Assembly (NCBI GenBank): GCA_963845075.1
Contig: CAWJRE010000049.1
Span: forward strand, 58,047-122,046
Direction of reading: 5' to 3'
Length of the DNA: 64,000 bases
DNA from: an uncultured Alphaproteobacteria bacterium
GTDB lineage: Bacteria > Pseudomonadota > Alphaproteobacteria > Rhizobiales > Xanthobacteraceae
Below, in pieces: positions 54,662 to 63,849 of the stretch. How positions within the stretch are numbered: the stretch's first letter is position 1; each line of letters opens with the position of its first letter. The translations under genes were made by a program, and so were the position numbers. The notes under the pieces are model-generated. The model worked only from the letters and a program-made list of their open reading frames with translations, did no database searches and was not told where the DNA came from.

Positions 54662-57600
54662 TTCGCCGGCGTCACTTCCACGCTCTCGGTCGCGGTGCGG
54701 CCGTAGCGGTCGGGGCGATACATGTCCTCGACCACGGCTTGCGGACGCACGTATTTGCCGGGCGCCACCGCGCGCACGACATAAGCGACCGTGAAGACCG
54801 GCGCGTCATCCGCCTTGCGCTCGAACGCGGCGGTGAAGCGGTCGTCGCGGAATTCGGTGTTCACCGGATCGGCGGCGTCGCTGATCCAGTCGAGCGTGCC
54901 CGTATCGCCGGACGAGACGAGATGCGGATTGTCGATCTCGAACCCGGCCGGCAGATAATCGGCGAGCACCACGCGGCCGAATTGCGGCTGCGATTCGGTG
55001 ATCTTCAGCACCACCACCATGCGGGTGTTCTGCTTGACCTCCTTGGCATCGACCGGATCGCCCGCAAGCGTGTAGGTCTTGCGCTCGATCTTGAAGCCCT
55101 TTTCGGCTGCCGGCTCGGGCGTCGTCGGCGCGCCGGTGACAGTCACCACCGCTTGGACCTGATCCTCGCCGGTATTGGTGATGCGCAGCGGCTCTTTCAG
55201 ATCACCGGACTTGATAGTGCGGTAGAGCGCGCGTTGCATGGCCGTGCCGCCGACATCCAGCGATACCTTGCCGCCGTCCTTCGCCAGCGCGCTCGCGGCC
55301 AACAGAAGCCACGCATCTTCCTGCGTCGAAGTCGGGCGCAACGTCGTGCGCGCCGCCTCGACACGCTGCACCGCCGCCTGCACCGTGGCGCGCGGCGCGC
55401 CGCCCTCGCTCGCGAGCGCAACCAGCGCCGCCGCATCGCGCAAGCTCGAGCCGTAGTCTTCGCGGCCGATCACGTCGGGCTTTGAAGCCGGCGCGAGCGC
55501 CTCGAGCGCAGCCGCGAAAACGCGTTCGGCGCGCGTGCGGTCGCCCGCCATGGCGAGCGCCGCGGCAACTTGCGCCTTGGCGATCGGCGTTGAGAGCGCA
55601 TCGAGCTTTGCGTCGGCGATGTAGCGAAGATCGCCGATCGGGGCGGCGCCATTCCGCGCCAGCACGTAGAGCGCGTAGGCGAGATCGGTGCCGCCATTCT
55701 TACTCACGTCCGTGGTGTTGGCGACCGTGTTGCGCAGCCGGTCCAGCGCGAGCTTGAACGCCGCTTCCGGCACCGCGATCTTGCGCTCGCGCGCGCGGGT
55801 GAGGAAGTCCGTCACGTAGGAGTCGAGCCAGACGTCATCGCCGCCGACGCTCCACAAGCCGAACGAGCCGTTCGAATCCTGCCGTGTCAGCAGCGTCTCG
55901 ATCGCCTCGCGCAGTTTTTGATCCGTGGCCGGATCGGCCGCGATCGGCGAGTCCTTGGCGAGATCGCTGAGATAAAGAAGCGGCAGCGAGCGGCTCGTGA
56001 TCTGTTCCGAGCAGCGGAACGGATAGCGGTCGAGCGCGGCGAGCAGCCCCGCCGCATCGAATGACGCCAGCGAGCCGATCGAAAGCGACACCGCGCCGGT
56101 GCCGGGTACGAGATCGGCGAACATGTCGCTCGACACCGCGAGACTTTCGCCTTTGGCCAGCGGCTTGACCGTCCGGCGCGCCATCACGCGTCCGGGCGGG
56201 CGCACCGTCAGAGCATAACTGCGCTGCAGCGCAAAGCCGCCCGGACCGCTGACGCTGATCCGCACGGTACCGTTGCCTGCGGCCGCAGCCGTGAGCGGCA
56301 CATTGGCGGCGCCGCGCTCCTTCGCGCGCAAGGCGAGCTTCAGGTTGGACGTGGCCGAAAGCGCGTCGGCGCTCGTCACGGCGATGGTATACTCGCCGGC
56401 CGCCCCTTCGACATTGTCGAGGTCGAGATGCACGGACGAACGATCGCCCGGCAACAAGAAGCGCGGCAGCGTCGCCGTCAGTACGACCGGATCGCGCACG
56501 GTGACATCGGCCGTGCCGTGGCCGACCTTGCCCTTGCTCCAGCCGACCGCCATCACGCGCACGGTGCCGGCAAAGTCGGCAATGTCGAAGGCAACGTCCG
56601 CGGTACCGTCGGCGCCGACCTTCACGATCCCCGAATAAAGCGCCACCGGCGGTCCTGTCGGCGGGCTTCCCTGCAGCTCGGCGCCTTGATCGCCGCCGCT
56701 GCGGATCTGTCCGCGCGCGCCCTGCATGCCGTCGATCAGTTCACCGTAGAGGTCGCGGATCTCCGCCGAGAGCGCATGTTGCCCGAGATAATAGTCATCG
56801 GGCGACGGCGGCTTGTAGTTGGTGAGATTGAGGATGCCGACATCGACCGCGGCGACGACGACGCGCGCCTCCTCGCCTGCCGGCACGCCCGTGACCTTGA
56901 CCGGAATATGCAAGGTCGTATTCGGCCGAATGAGCGCCGGCGGCCTGACCTCGACATTGAGCGTCTTCGCCGTGCGATCGACCGAGAACCACTGCACGCC
57001 GATAGCGCGCCCAGGCATGCGCTGCGCCGGCGCGTCGAGCGGACGACGCAGGGTCGCGACCAGATAGGCGCCGGTGCTCCACTCGCTGCCGACCGGCAGC
57101 TTCACCTGCGAGACGCCTTGCGGCACGTCGCTCGTTTGCGTCGCGAGCAGGCGTTCGCCGACCACATTGAGCGTCAGCCGCCCTGCGTTGCGCGCGGTGA
57201 CCGCGACCGTCATGGTGTCGCCCGGCGCATAGTCGCCCTTGTCGAGGGCGATCTCAAGCATATCCGGCGTGTCGGCGTTGGACTCGACATAGAAACCGGC
57301 GTCGAACGCAACCGAGGTCAGCGGTCCGTTCGGATCGGCGGTCGAGACTTCGAGCCGGTAGCGGCCGAAATTCACCGGCAGCGAAATGCGCGCCGCGCGG
57401 TCGATGGTCGTGTCAATCGTGCCGTCGGCGACGCGCTTGGTCGTCTTGACCGGCTCGTAATTCCAGCTCCCGTCGCGCTTGTAGAATTGATAGTGCGTCT
57501 CGATGCGCAGCAGTTCGTAGTGCAAGCCGCGCTGAGCCGCGGCGCCGCCGTCGGGCGCGACCATGATCACGTCGAACGCTGCGTTCGCACCATCGGCGAG

Positions 57601-59886
57601 CGAGCGGCCGGAGAAGAGAGGCTTCACCCCGATCATGTTGCCGGACGGCGTGACCGGTAGCGTGATCTTGCGCTCGACGGCGCGGCCGCCCGGCTCGGCC
57701 ATGCGCACCGTGATCTGCAACTCCAGCGGGCCTGAGCTCTCAGGCAGCTTGTCGAGCTGCACCGGGAAGGTGGCTTTGCCGGCAGCGTCGGTGTTGGGCA
57801 GATCGGCAAGCGGCTGCTGCACGGCATCGACCTCTTCATCGGCCAAGCCGAACTGATAGCCGGCGAAACCCGCCCGCTCCTTCGCCTTCGTGATCGTGAC
57901 CTCGCCTTCAAGGTCGAGATCCGCCGCGGGGGCGCCGTAGAGGAAATGCCCGGCGACGTTGACCTTGGCCGGCACTTTTTGCGAAATGTGTCCGCTCGGC
58001 GAGGTCAGATCGAACTCGATCCGATCCGGTACATAATCCTCGACCAGGAACGTCGTCTCTCCGACGGCCGCGCGCTTCGGATCGGTGTACGCGCGCACGT
58101 GCCAGGTGCCGCTCGGCGCCGAGCCGGGTAGCGGCAAGGTCAGGCTATGACCGCCGAGCCCCTGATCGGCAACAAGCGTGCGGCGAAATTCCACGCCATC
58201 CGGGCGCTCGATCACGAACGTGACCGGCACGTCGGCCGCCGCGGCGCCCTGCGGCGTGCGCAACAGCGCCGTGAGAAAAGCGGTCTCGCCCGAGCGATAG
58301 ACGCCACGCTCGGCATAGACGAACGCGTCAAGGCCCGACGGCGCCGGCCGGCCGCCGACGCCGCGATCGGTGAGATCGAAGGCCGGGCCTTTCAGGCTCA
58401 AGAAGGCATAATCGCCCTGGCCGTCGGTCGTGGTCAGCAAGGCGGGCGCCGAGCCGCCCTCGCCGCTCGCAAGCCCCGCCTCGAATTGCACATGACCGCC
58501 GGCATCGGTGCGGCGCGTGGCCAGCACCTCGTTGCCGCGCGAGACGAGCCGCACCTCGGCGCCGTTCTTAGCCTCCGTGCTCGCCAGCGAATTGACGAAA
58601 ACATGGATGCCGTCATTGCCGGAAAACGCGGTCAGGCCGAGATCGGAGACGATGAACCATTGGGTTGCCTGCGAGTCGAAATTGTCGACGTTCTTCATCT
58701 CCTGCGGCTGCGCCACCATCACATAGACGCCGGGCTTGAGCTCGCCGATGGCCTGGTCCAGCGGAAACGCGGTAACGACGTCGGTGTTGATGGGCGCGGC
58801 TTCGACCGCAAGCTCGCCCTTCCACACTGCGATGCCGCGCGTGCTGCGCAGTTGCTCGACATCGTAACGGCTCAGGCTGCGTTGAAAATCGCGGCGGTAA
58901 TCGTCGCCACCGGTCGCTTCCACGAGACTTCGGTCGGTGAGCCGGTAAATCTCGACCGCGACGGCCCGCGTGTTGGTCGAAATAACCGGAATCCCGCGCT
59001 GGCCGGTGCGCGGCAGCACGTATGCCGTCGAGGAGAAGTGGACCGCAGGCTTGCGGTCGCGCACATAAATGGAAAAGTCCGCCGACTTCGACAGTGTCTC
59101 ATGCACGGTCGAAGGCAATCCTGCGCGCAAGGTGACGTTGTAGCTGCTGCCGTGCTGCAATCCTTCGACGCAAAGCTGCTTCTCGGCCGCCGACAAAGCC
59201 GGCTTGTCGGTGCCTGCCAGCACCACGAACGGCGAGTAGTCGGTGCGCGCCGGCAAGTCTTCGGAGAACTGGAAGCAAGCGCGCGGCGAAGCGGTGTCGG
59301 CATCGACACTGTAATCGAGCACGCGGAAGCCGTGCGCCTCCCGCAGCCGCTCATATTGTCCGCGCACGTCGGCGGCTTCGCGCAGTTCAAGCGACAGCCG
59401 CAGCGAATCGAGCGAAGGCCGCCACAGCTCGCGTTGCGCCAGCACATTGCCCAGGAAGGCAAGACTGTCGGCCTCCTCGCTGCGGCTCGACGTCCGCTGG
59501 TAGGCGATGTAGGCGGCGGTGGATGCGCGTTCGAGCAACAGCCGCTTTTCGTCATCGTCCGCCGGGCGGATCTGCATCACGGTGCGGGCGAGGCGCAGCC
59601 AGGTCGCGCTGTCGTTCGGCGCCGCCGCCACGATCTGGCCGAGCAGCGCCATGCCGGCACGGAAATCGTTCTTGCTGAAGGCAGCGTCAGCGTCGCGGCG
59701 GATTTGCGGTAGCGGCTTGGTCGGCGTGCCCGCGTCGGATTTGATCTGCCCTTCCAGCTTGACCGCGCTGTCGGCAAGCTCGCTGTTGCGGAACGCCTTT
59801 TCGGCGGCGCTCGCGGGTTGGGGCAGCAGCAGCGGCGCGACAGCAAACAGCGCGGCGACAACGCCGGCGCGAACAAGCGAGATCAT
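54658..59886 (-). CDS. bacterial alpha-2-macroglobulin family protein
   Basis: 1742 aa with GGGAGGAG as RBS and a type-I signal peptide. It carries the thioester-type motif RCSEQ and is coupled to pbpC. Confidence 0.9.
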   Translation of the reverse strand: MISLVRAGVVAALFAVAPLLLPQPASAAEKAFRNSELADSAVKLEGQIKSDAGTPTKPLPQIRRDADAAFSKNDFRAGMALLGQIVAAAPNDSATWLRLARTVMQIRPADDDEKRLLLERASTAAYIAYQRTSSRSEEADSLAFLGNVLAQRELWRPSLDSLRLSLELREAADVRGQYERLREAHGFRVLDYSVDADTASPRACFQFSEDLPARTDYSPFVVLAGTDKPALSAAEKQLCVEGLQHGSSYNVTLRAGLPSTVHETLSKSADFSIYVRDRKPAVHFSSTAYVLPRTGQRGIPVISTNTRAVAVEIYRLTDRSLVEATGGDDYRRDFQRSLSRYDVEQLRSTRGIAVWKGELAVEAAPINTDVVTAFPLDQAIGELKPGVYVMVAQPQEMKNVDNFDSQATQWFIVSDLGLTAFSGNDGIHVFVNSLASTEAKNGAEVRLVSRGNEVLATRRTDAGGHVQFEAGLASGEGGSAPALLTTTDGQGDYAFLSLKGPAFDLTDRGVGGRPAPSGLDAFVYAERGVYRSGETAFLTALLRTPQGAAAADVPVTFVIERPDGVEFRRTLVADQGLGGHSLTLPLPGSAPSGTWHVRAYTDPKRAAVGETTFLVEDYVPDRIEFDLTSPSGHISQKVPAKVNVAGHFLYGAPAADLDLEGEVTITKAKERAGFAGYQFGLADEEVDAVQQPLADLPNTDAAGKATFPVQLDKLPESSGPLELQITVRMAEPGGRAVERKITLPVTPSGNMIGVKPLFSGRSLADGANAAFDVIMVAPDGGAAAQRGLHYELLRIETHYQFYKRDGSWNYEPVKTTKRVADGTIDTTIDRAARISLPVNFGRYRLEVSTADPNGPLTSVAFDAGFYVESNADTPDMLEIALDKGDYAPGDTMTVAVTARNAGRLTLNVVGERLLATQTSDVPQGVSQVKLPVGSEWSTGAYLVATLRRPLDAPAQRMPGRAIGVQWFSVDRTAKTLNVEVRPPALIRPNTTLHIPVKVTGVPAGEEARVVVAAVDVGILNLTNYKPPSPDDYYLGQHALSAEIRDLYGELIDGMQGARGQIRSGGDQGAELQGSPPTGPPVALYSGIVKVGADGTADVAFDIADFAGTVRVMAVGWSKGKVGHGTADVTVRDPVVLTATLPRFLLPGDRSSVHLDLDNVEGAAGEYTIAVTSADALSATSNLKLALRAKERGAANVPLTAAAAGNGTVRISVSGPGGFALQRSYALTVRPPGRVMARRTVKPLAKGESLAVSSDMFADLVPGTGAVSLSIGSLASFDAAGLLAALDRYPFRCSEQITSRSLPLLYLSDLAKDSPIAADPATDQKLREAIETLLTRQDSNGSFGLWSVGGDDVWLDSYVTDFLTRARERKIAVPEAAFKLALDRLRNTVANTTDVSKNGGTDLAYALYVLARNGAAPIGDLRYIADAKLDALSTPIAKAQVAAALAMAGDRTRAERVFAAALEALAPASKPDVIGREDYGSSLRDAAALVALASEGGAPRATVQAAVQRVEAARTTLRPTSTQEDAWLLLAASALAKDGGKVSLDVGGTAMQRALYRTIKSGDLKEPLRITNTGEDQVQAVVTVTGAPTTPEPAAEKGFKIERKTYTLAGDPVDAKEVKQNTRMVVVLKITESQPQFGRVVLADYLPAGFEIDNPHLVSSGDTGTLDWISDAADPVNTEFRDDRFTAAFERKADDAPVFTVAYVVRAVAPGKYVRPQAVVEDMYRPDRYGRTATESVEVTPAK

Positions 59887-60200
59887 CGGAAAAGACTCCT
59901 CCCGGACATGGTGGGGCGCGCAACTTCACCCCCGCGCGAACATGGTCCCGAAAGCACGCCCGAAGATGTGATCCCGAGCACAAAGCGTTTCGGTTAAGGC
60001 CACGCTCAGACCGTGTCGTGTGGTGCGGATTTGAAGCGCGAATCGTGTCGAGGTCGTGACCGTCCGGCCGGCCTTTGGACTAAACTTTTTTGACATGGCC
60101 CAGCGGAAACCGGCCACAGGCGGGCGTCACATGTCTGGGTATTTCGGGCCTCACATGCCTAGGTATTTTAAGACAAGATTCGGTATAAGCGTGACGGCAA

Positions 60201-60276
60201 GGCCCCGTAGCTCAGGGGATAGAGCAACAGCCTTCTAAGCTGAAGGTCGCAGGTTCGAATCCTGCCGGGGTCGCCA
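60201..60276 (+). tRNA. tRNA-Arg (anticodon UCU), CCA encoded
   Basis: Manual cloverleaf. Acceptor stem GGCCCCG/CGGGGTC, D stem GCTC/GAGC, anticodon loop CTTCTAA, T arm GCAGG-TTCGAAT-CCTGC, then GCCA. Confidence 0.9.
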
Positions 60277-60837
60277 GCACTTAGCCGGATTTCTGCGGCC
60301 TAGCAATTCTCCCAAAGGTACGGCATAGGTACGGGCCGCATAGAGAGCTCGCCAGCGGGCTTCTGTGGGCGATTGCGGAGGTACGAAATGTAGGCGTGGG
60401 ATAGAAATAGTCTGCGTGTGACGACAAAAGGGATACATACGCGCGAGTGTCAGCGCATCCCTAGCGGCCACTCATCGATCATCGCTCCAGCCACAACAAT
60501 GCAGGCGCCCTCACTGACAGCCCCACACTGCCGCAAGTCGCGGCATCTTGTTCTACTCTAGCAGAGCGGCCAGTTCATTGGCTGGCTCACAGGTCGGAAA
60601 CGGTTGGATCAGGAGACTAAATTTGGAAACGATCGGCATTGCGGCCGCCGTAATACACAGAGTCATGGTCACGGTCCGAGAAAGCTAGACGAGATGCTAT
60701 CCTATCGGGTCAATGTACTGCGCCGGAAGTGGCCGGATAAAGACCAAAGCGGCGGCGAAACCCTGGTCCGGTGTGCATTGCACAGTTGATGGCTTGACTC
60801 ACATGCAAAGGTCTGAGGGAATATTTATTGCGCCTGA

Positions 60838-61071
60838 GTGGGGTGGAGAGTGCGCCTGCTTCCCAATGAGATTGAGGAAGTGCGCGAGTGCCTGCGGCGC
60901 GCGGAAGAATGTGCGCGTCAGGCCAAGGCCCAATTTGATACCAAGTTTCGGCAGGCCTTCCTAGACCTGGAACAACGCTGGTTGCGGTTGGCACGCAGTT
61001 ATGAGCTTAGCGGGCGGCTCGATATTGCCGCGGATAGTTTGGAACCGCGTCAGCTAACCGCGCGCTGCTGA
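60838..61071 (+). CDS. small hypothetical helical protein
   Basis: 77-aa ORF (EEVRECLRRAEECARQAKAQFD...FLDLEQRWLRLARSYE) in the AT-richer segment. The start is uncertain. Confidence 0.4.
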   Translation: MGWRVRLLPNEIEEVRECLRRAEECARQAKAQFDTKFRQAFLDLEQRWLRLARSYELSGRLDIAADSLEPRQLTARC

Positions 61072-61486
61072 CGACGTCTTTGGTGGTCGGGATTGAGGAA
61101 CTTGGTTTTTCTGGCAGGGATGGCATCCCGCGGGCAACGCTCATTTGGTTGCTGTGCGGATCGTCTTCTACATTGCCAGGCTCGCGCTCTGCGTTTCCGA
61201 CGAGCAACGTCGCGAGTTGACGTTGATTCACGAATGGCTGCGGCCAATCCCGGAGGCCGTTGCAATGAGCGCCGACCTACGCAGCGTAGCAAATAAGAGG
61301 CTACTCGGCGTGACTTACTGTCTCGGCCTTGGAAGCCATGTGTGACCACGAGATTTCGGCAAAAGCCACACTGTCCAGCAAAAAGAGGGAGCCACGGGAT
61401 CGGCGAAACAGGCATGTAGTAACGTTGTTTCGGCGGCCCGTTCCTACGTAAACGCGGAGAATGGTGCTTTAATCATCGGACCCAGA

Positions 61487-62066
61487 ATGACGGTCAGACT
61501 GATCTTGAAAGTTTGCAGCGTGGCCGCTTTGGTCGCCATCGTGATTTTCGCCCTGGGACCCGCGAAATGGACACCGCGCTCGGGGCTTGGCTTCCAGTTC
61601 GATCACTTCGTCGGCTACTTCTTTTTTTACATTGTTCTTCTGTCTCGCTTGGCCGCGACCACTCGTGGTCGGCGGAGCCCTCGCGGTCTTGGCGGTGGTT
61701 CCGGAAAACTTGCAATCTTTTCTACCGGGTCGCTCATCCTACTTTGTGGCAGCCGTGTACAGTGCTGCTGTCGTTCTGGTGGCGGCCTCGCTTGCTGAGC
61801 TCTTCATGCGAGCACAAAAGCGGTTTCAATCCAGGTGGCGGCGGAAAACCGCTGATCTAACCTCTGCAAAGCACATTGGGGATAAGGCGATGATCGATGA
61901 ACCGAGTGCATCGGATTTGCAGAAGGCTTATCAAATCCTAAGCGAGTTTGGCTTGTTGATTGGACCAGCGGGAAAAAATAGTGATGCCATTGCGCGCGCA
62001 ATCGCCGCTGGAATCGCCCTTGGACGAAAAGAGGCTTCACCAGACAAGCCCAAAAAGAAGCGATGA
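61487..62066 (+). pseudogene. VanZ-like membrane protein, frameshifted in a T7 tract
   Basis: Frame A gives MTVRLILKVCSVAALVAIVIFALGP...FDHFVGYFFF. Frame B continues TLFFCLAWPRPLVVGGALAVLAVVPENLQSFLPGRSS.... The switch is at T7 61622-61628. Confidence 0.6.
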
Positions 62067-62290
62067 GCCGTGCATGCGACGCCCGGCATCCATATTGCCC
62101 GCACCAAGACGCAGCTAAGCCCAGCGATCTACTAAAAATCTTCGGGCGAGACCTGCGGGAACACTACGAGCTACCGCACGACCTGCCGCATGGAATGTTT
62201 ACGCTCCTGATGGAACTGAGTGATCACAGCGAAAGCCCTGCACTCCGAAGACGCGCCAATAAATATCGTGCACTCGCCGAGAGAACATGA
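62063..62290 (+). CDS. NepR-like anti-sigma factor candidate (orphan)
   Basis: 75 aa. IFGRDLREHYELPHDLPHGMFTLLMEL resembles the NepR core (I.G..LR..Y....P.P..F..LL..L). ATGA overlap with the preceding ORF. Confidence 0.45.
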   Translation: MSRACDARHPYCPHQDAAKPSDLLKIFGRDLREHYELPHDLPHGMFTLLMELSDHSESPALRRRANKYRALAERT

Positions 62291-62662
62291 AGCAAAAAGA
62301 AGAGGCCGCCGCCCGCTCGCGACCATAGCAGAGAAGCTGCCGTTCCACCCGTCGGTGCGGCAGTCTGCCAAATTCCGAGGGCGGGAGGCGTTTGCTACTA
62401 AGCTGTAAGGCCCTCCGGGCCGAATTGGCAAATTGTGGCTCTCGCAAAGTATGGCAATTTAGACCTGAGCATGCGCCTGGTGTGTGGTGCCAGCTGCGGG
62501 AAAATGAATTCCCTGGATTTCGGCCCATCAGGCCCAGCGCCCGGGCTGCCAAAGCCGATTCGGTCGTTTTAGCCTACGGAAAATACCTTAAGGAGCTCAT
62601 CTGAATTTTCGTAGGGGTAAAACAGCATATGCACGATGGCGGGATCTCATTGGGGGCGCGTC

Positions 62663-62980
62663 ATGCAGATCGAGCGCTTTTTCTCATCGAAGTTGGCGGC
62701 GGCGGTCGGGTCTGTTGTTATCGCCGCGTGCCTAGCCTTTTCACCCTCGCCGTACGATACAGCGCGCGGGTTTTCAGCCGCAAGTGTAAGCACGGCCGTG
62801 AGCAACACGGCATCGAAAGGGGATCGGCTTACCAGCAAGCATCCGTCCTCTGCTCGCGAAGCTGCGGGACCGCAGCAGACATCAGCAAAGCACAGCGGGA
62901 AGATTCCAATCGGATGTGAAACTGCCTTCAGCAAGCTCGCTCATCGGGCAGATCTCAGCGCGCGTCGTTGTATTACCTAG
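62663..62980 (+). CDS. small secreted hypothetical protein (KGDRL ... GCE.AFS ... RC motifs)
   Basis: 105 aa from ATG 62663 with signal peptide MQIERFFSSKLAAAVGSVVIAACLAFS. Confidence 0.5.
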   Translation: MQIERFFSSKLAAAVGSVVIAACLAFSPSPYDTARGFSAASVSTAVSNTASKGDRLTSKHPSSAREAAGPQQTSAKHSGKIPIGCETAFSKLAHRADLSARRCIT

Positions 62981-63111
62981 ATCAGCGTGCTTGAGACGCC
63001 TAGGACACTGCCAAACCTCAGGGAAACCCCTTAGGGGAGTTATCTGAATTTATGGGCTCCGGGTTGCGTACTACCCAACAGCTTGGCAGACACCCCGGAG
63101 GACAAGACCCC

Positions 63112-63810
63112 ATGCTCGCCCAAACCGCTACCCACACCGAGTCATCTCGTCCCGCCATTTCGACGCACCGTGTCTCACCGGTCAGTGACCTCGCGAAGCA
63201 GAACCCATTGATTGAGGCCATGCACATGATGGGCGCGACGATGTCGTTTCCTTCAGAGACGGAGATCTTCGGCGACGGCGAGGCGGCCGACTACGCCTAT
63301 CAGGTCGTCAGCGGCGGTGTGCGGACGTATAAAATCCTCAGCGACGGTCGCCGCCAGATCGGCGGCTTCTATCTGCCAGGCGATGTTTTCGGTCTTGAGT
63401 TTCGCGACGAGCATACGTTCTCGGCCGAAGCTATCACGGACACGAGGGTGGTTGTGGTCAAGCGCAGTATGCTCATGACGCTTGCTGGTCGCGACCCGGG
63501 GATCAGTCGCGAGTTGTTGACCCTGAGCGGCAGCGAGTTAAGGCACGTTCAAACCCGTATGCTGTTGCTGGTTAAAAGCGCCGAAGAACGTGTCGCGGGT
63601 TTTCTCTTGGAAATGGCCGAACGCGCCAGCGGCGGCAATGTCGTCGAGCTTCCCATGACGCGCCGAGATATCGCCGACTATCTCGGTCTGACCTTCGAAA
63701 CCGTCTCTCGGACGTTGAGGAGCCTCGCAAACAAGGCTGCCATAGAGATAGCGACGCCGCGCCGCATCGTCTTGCGCAATCGCTCGGCGCTCCGGCTGTT
63801 GAACGCTTGA
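63112..63810 (+). CDS. Crp/Fnr family transcriptional regulator (FixK-like, no N-terminal Cys cluster)
   Basis: 232 aa from ATG 63112, with GGAGGA 9 nt upstream. It has a cNMP-binding-like domain plus the C-terminal HTH RRDIADYLGLTFETVSRTL. Confidence 0.85.
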   Translation: MLAQTATHTESSRPAISTHRVSPVSDLAKQNPLIEAMHMMGATMSFPSETEIFGDGEAADYAYQVVSGGVRTYKILSDGRRQIGGFYLPGDVFGLEFRDEHTFSAEAITDTRVVVVKRSMLMTLAGRDPGISRELLTLSGSELRHVQTRMLLLVKSAEERVAGFLLEMAERASGGNVVELPMTRRDIADYLGLTFETVSRTLRSLANKAAIEIATPRRIVLRNRSALRLLNA

Positions 63811-63849
63811 GTGAAGGTATTTGCGCTCTGCAGGCTGCGGGCCGCGAAT

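Noticed and set aside
60277-63050. Intact integrative element or prophage at tRNA-Arg
   Set aside because: No integrase, excisionase, transposase or phage genes are present. The only downstream match to the tRNA 3' end is 8 nt (GGTCGCCA at 61541-61548) inside a coding frame, which is consistent with chance.
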